Program-made: the position numbers and the translations under genes | From: Bacillota bacterium | GTDB lineage: Bacteria; Bacillota; Limnochordia; DUMW01 | Direction of reading: 5' to 3' | Length of the DNA stretch: 64,000 nucleotides | Assembly (NCBI GenBank): GCA_012839765.1 | Contig: DUMW01000009.1 | Span: 29,434 to 93,433, forward strand | The notes under the pieces: generated by a model | Database searches by the model: none | Told to the model about the DNA's origin: nothing | What the model saw: only the letters and a program-made list of their open reading frames with translations | Shown here: positions 1 to 10,047 of the stretch, piece after piece | How positions within the stretch are numbered: position 1 is the first letter of the stretch | How the letters are laid out: each line of letters opens with the position of its first letter

Positions 1-494
1 TTACCTTTTTCCTTACCGGCACCTGGACCGAGAAGAACCCCACCTTGGCGCGGCAACTGGCGGAGGCGGGGCACGAAATTGGCAGCCACGGTTATTGGCA
101 CGCGCCCCAGACCACAAAACTGTCCGATCCTGACCTGTTGGAACTGATCGTGGAAGCGGAGCGGGTAATCATGGAACATGTGGGCTACAAGCCCCTTTTG
201 TTTGCTCCGCCCGCGGGGGACGTAGACCAGCGGGTCACCGCCACCGCGGCCTCGTTGGGGTATCGAACTATCATGTGGACGTTAGATACCATCGACTGGC
301 AGGACCCCACCCCTGACACCATCATTAACCGGGTGGTACCCAAGGCTACGCCGGGAGCGATCGTCCTCATGCATCCCCGGCCCAATACCTTGGCGGCATT
401 GCCCCGGATGATCGAGCAACTGCAAGGGAAGGGCTATCGGTTGGTGCCCATCGGGGCCCTGCTGGCCCTCCAACAGAATGCCCTGCAACACTAA
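1..494 (+). CDS. Polysaccharide deacetylase (NodB-homology domain), C-terminal part; 5' end lies outside the window. Occupies the ylxY position upstream of mlpA.
   Basis: The translation is typical of the C-terminal half of NodB-type deacetylases (HGYWHA..., LVPIGALL). The ORF is open to the window edge. Its position upstream of the M16 peptidase matches B. subtilis ylxY-mlpA. Confidence 0.7.
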   Translation, partial: TFFLTGTWTEKNPTLARQLAEAGHEIGSHGYWHAPQTTKLSDPDLLELIVEAERVIMEHVGYKPLLFAPPAGDVDQRVTATAASLGYRTIMWTLDTIDWQDPTPDTIINRVVPKATPGAIVLMHPRPNTLAALPRMIEQLQGKGYRLVPIGALLALQQNALQH

Positions 495-542
495 AGGTTA
501 GGTGATCCTCCCTTTCCCAGCGGAGACTGCTTCTACATTCCT

Positions 543-580
543 AGGCCCACCGGTGCTTTGCCTGTGGGCCCTTTATTCTT
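543..580 (+). terminator. Putative intrinsic terminator after the deacetylase gene
   Basis: Stem AGGCCCAC...GTGGGCC followed by a CTTTATTCTT U-rich tract. Confidence 0.4.
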
Positions 581-726
581 CTGAAGCCTCGCGATTCTTT
601 CTCGGGATTGACTATGCTTCATTAATCCCCTTGATTTGGCGAAGGCTAGCAGACAGCGGGCGCAAAAAGTAGTATATTGTTTCTTAGTAGTGTAGTGGAC
701 AACTGTCTAGAAAGGATGAATATCCG

Positions 727-1509
727 TTGAATGGACAAACCCCCATTAAAATCTGGCCTGAATCCACAGGCATTCCTACTACCCTTACCCCCTATTTTCC
801 AGCGGATCACAAAGAGCCCACGGGAGCGGTCATTGTGTGTCCCGGTGGTGGTTATGCTGTCAAGGCCCCCCATGAAGGAGAACCCATTGCCCAATGGCTG
901 ACCTCCTTGGGGATTGTGGCCTTTGTGCTCGATTACCGTGTTGCCCCACACCGTTATCCCGCAGGACTCCTTGATGTCCGCAGGGCGGTCCAATATGTGC
1001 GATCCAGGGCACAAGAATGGGCAATTCACAAAGACAAGATCGGTGTCTTGGGCTTTTCTGCCGGGGGACATCTTGTGTCTTCGTTGGGTACCGTCACAGC
1101 GCCCTTGGAGACGGGCTGCAGGGACGAGGTGGCTGAGGAGGACTACCTACCTAATGCCCTGATCCTTTGTTACCCAGTGATCGCCTTGTTTGGCAAGTAT
1201 GCCCATCGGGGATCGGCGACGAACCTGTTGGGGCCCGAGGCCACCGAAGACCAAAGACTGGGTCTTTCTACCCATCGGTTAGTGACACCACAGACGCCAC
1301 CCACCTTCCTTTGGCATACCGCGGATGATGCAGTGGTGCCGGTGGAAAACAGCTTGATGTTCGCTGAGGCTTTAAGCGAAAACAAGGTGCCCTTCGAGTT
1401 GCACATTTACCCCCATGGTCCCCATGGGATGGGCTTGGCCGAGGAGGATCCTCAGGTGGGCCAGTGGACAAAGGCCTGTGGTACCTGGTTAAAGCAGCTG
1501 GGTTTCTGA
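727..1509 (+). CDS. Alpha/beta-hydrolase-fold esterase (acetyl-esterase / carbohydrate-esterase-like)
   Basis: GFSAGG (GxSxG nucleophile elbow) and a VCPGGGY oxyanion-region motif. The ~260 aa length is typical of esterase/lipase family proteins. Confidence 0.65.
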   Translation: MNGQTPIKIWPESTGIPTTLTPYFPADHKEPTGAVIVCPGGGYAVKAPHEGEPIAQWLTSLGIVAFVLDYRVAPHRYPAGLLDVRRAVQYVRSRAQEWAIHKDKIGVLGFSAGGHLVSSLGTVTAPLETGCRDEVAEEDYLPNALILCYPVIALFGKYAHRGSATNLLGPEATEDQRLGLSTHRLVTPQTPPTFLWHTADDAVVPVENSLMFAEALSENKVPFELHIYPHGPHGMGLAEEDPQVGQWTKACGTWLKQLGF

Positions 1510-2044
1510 TGGACTGAGGGACGATGTATTAAGAATAGGCTGTTTGTTAGCTGTCTTAGTACATCGTCATTCCTACTTTGGATAGACCTCCCAGGGGATC
1601 CAGTTTGAAGAACAAGAAAAGAGAAGAACGGGTGAGTTAGGAGAGGGAAGACAGACACAGGTCCGTTGCTTTGATTTGCACAGTTGACGAGATAAGGTCA
1701 GTGAATTCCTTCTGTTGGTTTTACCTGGAGACTTGTGGGCACCAAGGAAGGGTAGAATAGGCTTTTGCCCTTCGCCTATCGAGCTGATCTGGCAGACATT
1801 TTTCTCGCAAACAAAAGATGTCTTCCTTGCGGACAAGGCAAAGAAAGAATGAGGGTCGTAAACGATCGAAACATGTTCGAGATAACCGATGGGATTTCGA
1901 CTACCCACCCCAGTTTTCATCCATTCGTTGGTGTGGCGCCAGCCACATGATGGTCTTAGGAAAAGCAAGACTAATTCCCTTTGACAGGCATGATCCCATC
2001 CAGTATATTAGTGATCAAGATCCGGACTGGGGGGAGAACTTGGC

Positions 2045-3310
2045 TTGTTTCAATATTCTGTTTTAGACAATGGCATTCGGGTGGTTACAGAGACAATACC
2101 CCATGTATATTCGGTTTCCATTGGTTTTTGGTTTCGGGTAGGTTCGGCCTATGAACCGGCGGAGTACAGCGGTGCTTTCCATTTCATCGAGCACATGTTG
2201 TTCAAGGGTACGGCTAATCGTTCCGCCCGGGAGATCGCGGAGCTTATTGATTCCACTGGAGGAGAAGTAAATGCCTTCACCGGTCGGGAGTATACCTGTT
2301 ATTATGCCCGGGTTTTCCGGAAACACTTGCCCATTGCTATTGACCTGTTGACCGACATGCTCCTCAATCCCTGCTTTGATGAAGGTGAGTTGCAGAAGGA
2401 GCGGGGAGTCATTATCCAGGAGATCAAGATGTATGAGGATACGCCCGAAGAACTGGTCCACGAATTATTGGTGAACTATCTGTTCGAAGGCCATGGCCTT
2501 GGCCAAAGCATCCTTGGCACGGAAGAATCGGTGCGGGCCTTCGATTCCGACCGGTTACAGAGATTTAAGGAAGACAACTATACTCCCGCAAACCTAGTGG
2601 TGGGGGTGGCGGGTAACGTGGAACACGGGGAAGTGGTGCAGCTTCTGGAAGAGTACTTCTCCCAGTGGACGACAAAGCACCAGAAGACAGAGCTGACAAA
2701 GCCGGGGTATCACCACTTCATGGCCTATAAAGAAAAGGACCTAGAACAGCTGCATCTTTGTCTGGCGGTGCCGGGTTTGACCCGGTATTCCTCCCTGCGC
2801 TATCCAATGTATGTTCTGGATACGGTACTGGGCGGTGGTAACAGTTCCCGCTTATTCCAAAAGCTCAGAGAAGAGCAGGGTTTAGCTTACTCCACCTATT
2901 CCTTCCACAGTAGCTACGCACACGCGGGTTTGTTCGGTGTGTACGCAGGCATTGATGCCGATTCCCTAGAACAGACTTTGGAATTAATCCAGGAAGAGAT
3001 CCACCAACTGATGAAGCACCCCATCTCTCAACTAGAACTGGATCGGGCCAAGGAACAGCTCAAGGGCAACCTGATGCTGGGGCTTGAGAGCACCGCGGCG
3101 CGGATGGGCCGCCTCAGCAAGTCCATTTTATTCGACAAGCCAGTGTCTACGCCGCTACAGATTTGTCAAAGGATCGATGACGTGACTATTGAGGATGTTT
3201 ACCAAGTGAGCAGCCTTCTGTTTAGTCGCCCCGTCAGTGTGGTGGCGGTGGGGAGGAACGCCGCAGGGATTAGGGAGTTTTTTGATCAAGCCGCGATTAT
3301 CGCCTGCTAG
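2045..3310 (+). CDS. mlpA: M16-family zinc peptidase (insulinase-like), MlpA/YmxG orthologue
   Basis: HFIEH (HxxEH inverted zinc-binding motif) and strong similarity in pattern to B. subtilis MlpA (…NAFTGREYTCYYARV…). TTG start at 2045 has a GGGGGAG RBS 9 nt upstream. Position between ylxY-like and ymxH-like genes. Confidence 0.8.
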   Translation: MFQYSVLDNGIRVVTETIPHVYSVSIGFWFRVGSAYEPAEYSGAFHFIEHMLFKGTANRSAREIAELIDSTGGEVNAFTGREYTCYYARVFRKHLPIAIDLLTDMLLNPCFDEGELQKERGVIIQEIKMYEDTPEELVHELLVNYLFEGHGLGQSILGTEESVRAFDSDRLQRFKEDNYTPANLVVGVAGNVEHGEVVQLLEEYFSQWTTKHQKTELTKPGYHHFMAYKEKDLEQLHLCLAVPGLTRYSSLRYPMYVLDTVLGGGNSSRLFQKLREEQGLAYSTYSFHSSYAHAGLFGVYAGIDADSLEQTLELIQEEIHQLMKHPISQLELDRAKEQLKGNLMLGLESTAARMGRLSKSILFDKPVSTPLQICQRIDDVTIEDVYQVSSLLFSRPVSVVAVGRNAAGIREFFDQAAIIAC

Positions 3311-3962
3311 ATTGTTTTTGCGCTAGTTTGAGGGATGTGGTCTGGCTCCACTGCCGTTTGCCAAAATGTGCAAGGCCCTTCGAACTCCTTCTCCCCAGCT
3401 AAGCCTTGCCAGATGATATGCCAGCCCAACCCGAAATATTGATTTGTGGTCTGAAAAGGGCCTGAGACTGTTTTGAACTCCATGGCCACCCATGTGCTTT
3501 GTGGGCTAGGATTCCAGTGTTGTCTGGGGGATCCCTCGGGATTGGGGGAATGCCCTTTTTGCAGGGTGCCAACGGAGTTTTTTCCCGGTATTCCCCAACG
3601 GGATGGCCCCCCTTTGGGTGAATCCTATCCCCTTCTCTTGCTGTCTTGCGCCCATTATTGTTGTCACCCTATCTGCGTGGAGCCGCAGAAGGGCAAGGCG
3701 CCCTTCCTTATTTCCCCTCTAAGCTCAGGGTTTCATAGGACTAGCCACGGTGTTCCTTATCCTGGGCCTGCATGGTACAATATGGATGAGGGGTCCCACG
3801 GATAATTGAAGCTATTCTTGGTCTTTTTGACACTATCTACGGTATGAAGTATATTAGTGATAACCTGGAGCCAGGTCAATGAAGAATGGTCGATTACTGG
3901 TGGTCTTGTCATCTTAGAAGTGGCGTTTTTCTGCCGAGTAGTCTACGGCCGTGAGGTGGTGC

Positions 3963-4994
3963 ATGATGCGAAGGGTGACGCAAAGTGATGTGGCGAAGCG
4001 GGCGGGGGTGTCGCGCAGTACCGTGTCCCTCGTGCTCAATCGCAATTCCGATGTTGTCATTTCGGAAGAAACCCGCAATCGGGTGTTCAATGCAGCCATG
4101 GAACTAGGGTACACACCGAACCTAGCGGCCCAGAAACTAGCCGGTGGACGGAACAATCTGATTGGGGTGTTTATTTATCGGGAGTCTTTTCCCTACGAAC
4201 AGGACAGCTTTTACTATGCTTTCCTTTTGGGGATCGAGCGCCAGGCTTCGGAAGAGGGCTATGATCTGCTCATGTTCACCCGCCACGATCGGCATGGAAA
4301 CCAGAGCATCTACCGCGATGGTGCTAACATTCTGACCATGGTGGACGGTGCTGTCCTCATGGGGGCCGAAACCAATAAGGAGGAAATCAGGGCTGCGGTC
4401 AAAGATGGACATAAGATCGTATATATTGGGCGGCGCAATGTGCCGGACTGTCAGTTGGACTGGGTTTCCAGTGACTATCGCACGGTGAGTGGCGAGGCCA
4501 TGAAGCATCTGTTGGATCTGGGACATCGGCAGATTGGTTACACCGCGCCAGTGGGGGACTATGAGCCGGATCTGGATCGGATCGTCGGTTGTGAGGAGGT
4601 TATTGCGAAAAACCCTGCTGCCCAGATGCACATGATCCCTGTGGAGGTCTGGAATGATCCCAGGGAATTGGCGGCCTTCATTCGGCAGAAGGGACTTACC
4701 GCTTTGATCCTCAGCATGGGCAAGTGTGCTGACCTGGTGGAGAATTTACAGCACGCGGATCTGCGGGTACCCGAGGATCTATCGGTGCTGTCCCTATCGG
4801 ACCAAGAGGTTCCCAATCCCAGTCGGAATTTCTATCCTACCTGTGTCGATCTGAAAAAGACCCTGGTGGGGCAAGAGGCAGTCCGCTTGTTGGTGAAACG
4901 TCTCTCGGGCGAGATAATGACTCCTCAACAGATCTGGATCAGATGTTCTTTGGTGGTGGGAAACACCACCCGTCAGCTAACCTCGGATGAATGA
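3963..4994 (+). CDS. LacI-family transcriptional regulator
   Basis: N-terminal HTH (VTQSDVAKRAGVSRSTVSLVLN) followed by a periplasmic-binding-fold sugar-binding domain. ATG at 3963/3966 is preferred over the GTG at 3951 because a GAGGTGG RBS lies just upstream. Confidence 0.8.
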   Translation: MMRRVTQSDVAKRAGVSRSTVSLVLNRNSDVVISEETRNRVFNAAMELGYTPNLAAQKLAGGRNNLIGVFIYRESFPYEQDSFYYAFLLGIERQASEEGYDLLMFTRHDRHGNQSIYRDGANILTMVDGAVLMGAETNKEEIRAAVKDGHKIVYIGRRNVPDCQLDWVSSDYRTVSGEAMKHLLDLGHRQIGYTAPVGDYEPDLDRIVGCEEVIAKNPAAQMHMIPVEVWNDPRELAAFIRQKGLTALILSMGKCADLVENLQHADLRVPEDLSVLSLSDQEVPNPSRNFYPTCVDLKKTLVGQEAVRLLVKRLSGEIMTPQQIWIRCSLVVGNTTRQLTSDE

Positions 4995-5115
4995 ACACTG
5001 TCCTGTTTGTGCCCTAGCGGAACTTCTCTGCTAGGGCATTCCTTCGGAAAACCGGCTTTTCTTACGGCTCAAAGGGTTTAGAGGCTTTGGCCAGTGGCGA
5101 AAGAAAGTCCTTTTA

Positions 5116-5145
5116 ACTTGCTATTGACACGCGTTAGTAACCAGT
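5116..5145 (+). promoter_or_regulatory. Candidate sigma-A promoter (TTGACA, 18 nt spacer, TATAAT) upstream of the FAD-oxidoreductase gene
   Basis: Perfect -35 TTGACA (5116-5121) and perfect -10 TATAAT (5140-5145) with an 18 nt spacer. Flanked by a direct repeat CGCGTTAGTA (possible operator). Confidence 0.45.
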
Positions 5146-5348
5146 AGTATAATGAAAACAACAGTTGGTAACTCGCGTTAGTAGTTGAAGTTCTTTACAT
5201 AGATAGTTCTGGTGTAGATGTGAGCTGTCCAGTGACTCTCAGGATCCATTAGTCACAGGTAGTGGCGAGAGCTTCCATCATCGGTATGTTGCACCAGGAT
5301 TTGTCGGTGTGATCGTAAATCATTGTCATTACGAAGGAAGGAAGATGT

Positions 5349-6680
5349 GTGGTGTCTGATCGGGTCCTCACCTATGAGCGAAGCATACCAGTACGGCACA
5401 GTGTGGACGTGCTGGTGGCGGGCGGTGGTCCGGCGGGGGTAGCTGCCGCAGTGGCGGCAGCGCGGCAAGGGCGGCGTGTGTTTTTGGTCGAAGAGCAGGC
5501 CTGTCTTGGTGGGATGGGTACCGCTGGATTAGTGCCCGCCTTTATGATGTTTTCCGATGGAGTGAACTTCCTCGCCGCCGGCATCGGGGAGGAGGTCTTA
5601 ACCCGGCTGCGGGAGAATGGCGGTACGGGCCCGGACAATGCCTTTTCCATCCGGGCGGAGGTATTGAAACGGGTATATGATGATATGCTCTTGGAAGCAG
5701 GGGTGGAGTTTCTCTTTCACACGAAGTTGATCGATGTACGGAAAGAGGGAAGGAAGGTTTGTTACGCTATCCTCGCGGCGAAAAGCGGCTTGTTTGCCAT
5801 TGAGGCTAAGGTCTTTGTGGACGGCACCGGTGATGGGGATCTCGCGGTTTTGGCTGGAGCGGAATACCTAAAGGGTGATGAAGAGGGGCATATGCAGCCG
5901 GGGACCTTGTGCAGCCTCTGGGCGGATATCGACTGGTCCCGGGTGAAGCCTCCCGATGATCGGATGCTGGAACAGGCCTTCAAGGATCGGGTGTTTACGT
6001 ATGAGGATCGGCACTTGCCCGGGATGTGGCGGGTGGGCCAAAGCCTCGGCGGCGGCAATATCGGTCACATCTTCGGTGTCGATGGTACCGACGAGCGTTC
6101 CCTCACGGCCGCGCTCATTCAAGGGCGGAAACTGCTCGATGAGTATGAAAGGTATTATAAAGAATACTTGGATGGATATGAGAGAATGGAACTTGCGGCC
6201 ACCGGTGCCCTCATGGGTATTCGGGAAAGCCGACGGATCGTGGGGGACTATGAGCTGTGTCTGGCGGACTTCCATAGGCGGGCCGTGTTTCCCGATGAGA
6301 TTGGCCGGTATTGCTATCCCGTCGATATCCATGCTTCAACGCCTACCGATGAACACTACGAAAGATATGCCACAGATTTCCATAAATTGCGCTACGCAAA
6401 GGGAGAAAGCTACGGTATACCTTACCGTTGCCTGACGCCCAAGGGACTGGACAATGTATTGGTGGCGGGCCGTTCCATTAGTTCGGATCGCTTTCTCCAA
6501 GGGTCTGTGCGAGTCATGCCCGGCTGCTACATCACCGGTCAGGCTGCAGGGATAGCGGCAGCCATTGCGGCGGAACGAGATTGTTCGGTGAGAGATTTTC
6601 CCATTGCTGAACTGCAGCGTCGACTCAAGGACTTGGGCGCGTATCTGCCTAACTTTGATGATAAAGAGGAAGCTGTGTAA
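5349..6680 (+). CDS. FAD-dependent oxidoreductase (FAD_oxidored / GlcNAc-associated type, Rossmann GxGxxG)
   Basis: The N-terminus has a VLVAGGGPAGVAAAVAAARQG dinucleotide-binding motif. Length ~440 aa. GTG start with an AGGAAGGAAG RBS. Confidence 0.7.
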   Translation: MVSDRVLTYERSIPVRHSVDVLVAGGGPAGVAAAVAAARQGRRVFLVEEQACLGGMGTAGLVPAFMMFSDGVNFLAAGIGEEVLTRLRENGGTGPDNAFSIRAEVLKRVYDDMLLEAGVEFLFHTKLIDVRKEGRKVCYAILAAKSGLFAIEAKVFVDGTGDGDLAVLAGAEYLKGDEEGHMQPGTLCSLWADIDWSRVKPPDDRMLEQAFKDRVFTYEDRHLPGMWRVGQSLGGGNIGHIFGVDGTDERSLTAALIQGRKLLDEYERYYKEYLDGYERMELAATGALMGIRESRRIVGDYELCLADFHRRAVFPDEIGRYCYPVDIHASTPTDEHYERYATDFHKLRYAKGESYGIPYRCLTPKGLDNVLVAGRSISSDRFLQGSVRVMPGCYITGQAAGIAAAIAAERDCSVRDFPIAELQRRLKDLGAYLPNFDDKEEAV

Positions 6681-6808
6681 ACTAATGTTTTCAAGGAAGG
6701 ACGGGTGCCAGGAGGTGGTAGGGGAAAGGAAATCCATCGGCTAGGTGTGTTTCCCTCGCCCAATTCGCAGGCGGGCAAAGACTAGGAGTAAAGGTGGCAG
6801 AATGCTTT

Positions 6809-8530
6809 ATGAAGACTGTCTATTTGTTGGTCATGATAATGGTATTGCTTGTAATCCTACTGCCTAGTTGTGTTTCGGTGGCCTATGTCCCTGAACTACC
6901 TTTCCAAACCGTAGAGGTGATAGTTCCTGATCCGGTTTATGTGGCCCGGCCCGGTGAAATGGTGACCGTGGAAGTGGTAGTGCGCTTTCGTGAGCGGCAA
7001 GAGGGCAGCGTGGTGCTCTTCGAGTATGAAGTGGTGGATCGAAAGGGAAACGTCATCAATACGCAGCAATATGAAACGAACGTGGTTTTGCGGACCGGCG
7101 CTGTGTTGCGGGCAGAAGTGGCTATCCCCGAGGACTATGACCAAAGATGGATCGGCGTGCAATTGGTCAAGTGTAAGGTCAACAACGAGGAAATGCCCTT
7201 CCGGGATCAGCCGCCCTTTGGCCTTGCGGTTAAACAGGATGGTCCTATGTACCCCGAAGGGGCCTTGGGAAACATCCTTGGTGTGAACCAGCACTATACC
7301 CAAGGTATGAGTCATGAATACTTGAGATTGCTTACGGAGTTGGGTGTGAAATGGGCCCGGGACAACGTCTCATGGGCGCTCATCGAACAGACCCCGGGGG
7401 TCTATGAGTTTCCCGAGGCCTTTGAAAAGCGGTTGCGTTTCTATGAGGAAAACGACATTGCCCTTTCCTTTACCTTGTTTGGACCGAACCGGACCGCTTA
7501 TCCGGACGATCCATACAATCCCGAAGCCTACGGGCGTTTCGCTGCGGAAGTGGCCCGCAAGCTCAGCGAGGACTATGACCTCGAATTCATCCTGATCCTC
7601 TGGAACGAGCCGAATAACTTCGGTTTCCGCCAGGATTTTGGTGGTCAGTGGTACGGTGCACCGCCTTCCCCCTGGGTGGAAGAGTACGTGAAGGTGGCCA
7701 ATGCGGGAGCCAAGGCGATCCACGCCTATGACCCCTCCATTCTTACCTTTACCAACAGTGACGTTATTACCAACCACTATTGGTTCATTGATAAGGGTTT
7801 GGCGCCTGAGATTAAGGGCTTTTCCATTCACCCTTACGGAAGTAAGGCGGGACATCCGGAGATTCAGGGGTATGGGAATAATCAACCGTGGATCTTTCCC
7901 TTCCGGGTGATGGATGATGATCAGTCCACCCGGTCCATGTTCCTGCGTTTGCGGGATGCCTACGCGGAAGAACTGGGCCATACCCCGGAGATGGTAGTTA
8001 CCGAATTCGGCCGTCTCATCGAAGGGGTCTGGGAACCGGGTCAAGCGCCCTTTGCGGAAAATGCGGAGCATCTAGTGGCGGAGGAATTACCCCGTTTCTT
8101 CATCCTCATGGCTAGCCTAGGGGTGAAGAGTGCCCAGTGGTTCACCCTGGCCGATTGGCGGTCGGAACGGGGACACGGGCTGGTGTTCGAGGACGGACAG
8201 CGACGCCTTACCTTTACCGCCTATAAGACCCTTAGTCTGGAACTGGGCCACTACCGTTTGGTGGAGCAGATTGCGGGAGCCGACAGTCCCTTTGGTGTGC
8301 AGGCCTACCTCTTTGAAGGTTCCGACGGATATAAATTGGCCATCTGGGATACCCGCGGTACTTCAAAGGTCTTAATTACCCGAGATAGCACTGACCCGGT
8401 CAGGATTGTAACCCACCTTGGGGAAGAACTACCCGTTTACCATGAAGGCGAGGTTCTAGAGGTGGACATTGGCCGTGGTCCCCTTTACATCTCTGGAGTG
8501 GGGTCGGGATGCCAAGTCCAGATTCCCTAG
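6809..8530 (+). CDS. Glycoside hydrolase, clan GH-A (GH5/GH39-like (beta/alpha)8 fold), with N-terminal signal/anchor
   Basis: The ILWNEPN motif is the clan GH-A acid/base NEP motif. The VVTEFG motif is the nucleophile motif. N-terminal hydrophobic segment MKTVYLLVMIMVLLVILL. An alternative GTG start lies at 6794. Paralogue of the 12334..13974 gene. Confidence 0.65.
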   Translation: MKTVYLLVMIMVLLVILLPSCVSVAYVPELPFQTVEVIVPDPVYVARPGEMVTVEVVVRFRERQEGSVVLFEYEVVDRKGNVINTQQYETNVVLRTGAVLRAEVAIPEDYDQRWIGVQLVKCKVNNEEMPFRDQPPFGLAVKQDGPMYPEGALGNILGVNQHYTQGMSHEYLRLLTELGVKWARDNVSWALIEQTPGVYEFPEAFEKRLRFYEENDIALSFTLFGPNRTAYPDDPYNPEAYGRFAAEVARKLSEDYDLEFILILWNEPNNFGFRQDFGGQWYGAPPSPWVEEYVKVANAGAKAIHAYDPSILTFTNSDVITNHYWFIDKGLAPEIKGFSIHPYGSKAGHPEIQGYGNNQPWIFPFRVMDDDQSTRSMFLRLRDAYAEELGHTPEMVVTEFGRLIEGVWEPGQAPFAENAEHLVAEELPRFFILMASLGVKSAQWFTLADWRSERGHGLVFEDGQRRLTFTAYKTLSLELGHYRLVEQIAGADSPFGVQAYLFEGSDGYKLAIWDTRGTSKVLITRDSTDPVRIVTHLGEELPVYHEGEVLEVDIGRGPLYISGVGSGCQVQIP

Positions 8531-8683
8531 TGATCACATGAAAGTTTAAGAACGTTGTATTGGACCTTCGTACGAAATTTGAAGCCTTCCCAACGACAGG
8601 AAGAACCACTTCGGAACAGAAGGACGGTGGTGTTTGAAACTTGATTCTTCTAAAAGATTACATTTTATAAGGAGGTCTAGACA

Positions 8684-9976
8684 ATGTTTAAGAAAACTCT
8701 GTTGATCGGACTAATGCTAAGTTTTATCGTCGGTGCCGGTGTGGTGCAAGCTACTGAGAAGATCCATTTGACCATCTGGAGTGACTGGAGTGGAAATATT
8801 CCGATTTTCCAGGAATTGATGAATATCTACATGGAACGGAACCCCCATGTGGAGATCACTTGGGAGTGGTCCTTCGGAGATCACGACAAACTAGTGATGT
8901 CCGTCATTTCCGGCACAGGCCCGGATATTGTTTGCTACGGTTTAGTGCCGGAGCTTATCGAGGATGGCATGTTTGAGCCCTTGGACAAATACTTGGCCAA
9001 CAGTGTGTTAATGGAAGACATTCCTCCCAACCTGTGGCCGAAGACCCAGTGGAAGGGCCAGACCTACGGTGTGCCCGCGATTGAGGGAGGTCCTGGTTGG
9101 GGTCTTTTCTACAACAAGGATCGCTTTGGGCGGGCTGCTTTGCCCACACCGGGTCCCGATGAGGTATTGAGCATCGATGACTTCTTGGCTCTCCACGCTA
9201 AACTGAGCAACGTGGGTCCCGATGGAGTCGTCACCGAGCTGGGGTTCTATCCGCCGGAGACCAATGGCCACCACTACACCCGTTGGGAAGCCTTCTACAA
9301 TGTCAAGGCGGTGGATCTGGTGAACGGCAAGGCTCAGCTGGATCATCCAAGGATGCTAGCTGCTGCGGAAACCCTGATGCGGATCTATGAGATCGGCGGT
9401 GGGCGGCAGGCCATGCTGGAGTTTGTAGGGTCTTCGTCCCTATGGCCCAGCATGCAGTCTCTGTTTGTGACCGGTAAGACGGCGATGATGCATGCCGGGT
9501 ATTGGGCCGTGTCCTCCCTGGAGAGCGGGGGTATGAGCGTGGATGATTACGGCGTGACCTGGTCCCCGAATATCGATGGGCTGAAGGTGCAGAACTACAG
9601 CGGTTGGCAGCTGCTCATCTTGTCCAATTGCGCCCACAAAGAAGAGGCCTTTAAGGTTGTGGAGTTTATCGCCTCCGGCGAAGGGCAGGCTTACATTTTT
9701 GAGAAGCTAAGCTGGCTTGGCGGCATGCCCCGTAGTCTCTTTGATTATGTGGATGTCTACGCCAATCCGCAGATTGCCTGGTTCTTGAACTCTATGTTCA
9801 CCGCAGACAATACCTCAGGTGTGGCGGATCTGCCCAATCCCTACTACAACCTTACGGCCCAGTTGTGGCAGGATGCCTTCTTAAAGATAACCAGCGGAGA
9901 GCAAAGTCCGGTGCAGGCTTTACAGGAGGCCAACCGGTTGTTGCAGTTGGAAATTGATGCTACTTGGGAAAAGTGA
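8684..9976 (+). CDS. ABC transporter extracellular solute-binding protein, family 1 (sugar-binding); no cognate permease genes adjacent
   Basis: ~430 aa with an N-terminal signal peptide (no lipobox Cys). Family-1 SBP-like sequence pattern. Strong RBS AAGGAGG before the ATG. Confidence 0.7.
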   Translation: MFKKTLLIGLMLSFIVGAGVVQATEKIHLTIWSDWSGNIPIFQELMNIYMERNPHVEITWEWSFGDHDKLVMSVISGTGPDIVCYGLVPELIEDGMFEPLDKYLANSVLMEDIPPNLWPKTQWKGQTYGVPAIEGGPGWGLFYNKDRFGRAALPTPGPDEVLSIDDFLALHAKLSNVGPDGVVTELGFYPPETNGHHYTRWEAFYNVKAVDLVNGKAQLDHPRMLAAAETLMRIYEIGGGRQAMLEFVGSSSLWPSMQSLFVTGKTAMMHAGYWAVSSLESGGMSVDDYGVTWSPNIDGLKVQNYSGWQLLILSNCAHKEEAFKVVEFIASGEGQAYIFEKLSWLGGMPRSLFDYVDVYANPQIAWFLNSMFTADNTSGVADLPNPYYNLTAQLWQDAFLKITSGEQSPVQALQEANRLLQLEIDATWEK

Positions 9977-10047
9977 GTTCCGATTGACCTAAGCAGGTTA
10001 ACAGACTCCGAGGAGTCTGTACTGGATAAACCAATAATCGAAGGGAG

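Noticed and set aside
3473-3805. 110 aa Cys-rich ORF in the mlpA-LacI intergenic region
   Set aside because: No RBS, and the composition is consistent with a random open frame in GC-rich DNA. No recognisable domain. It lies at the presumed insertion junction, so I treat the region as non-coding.
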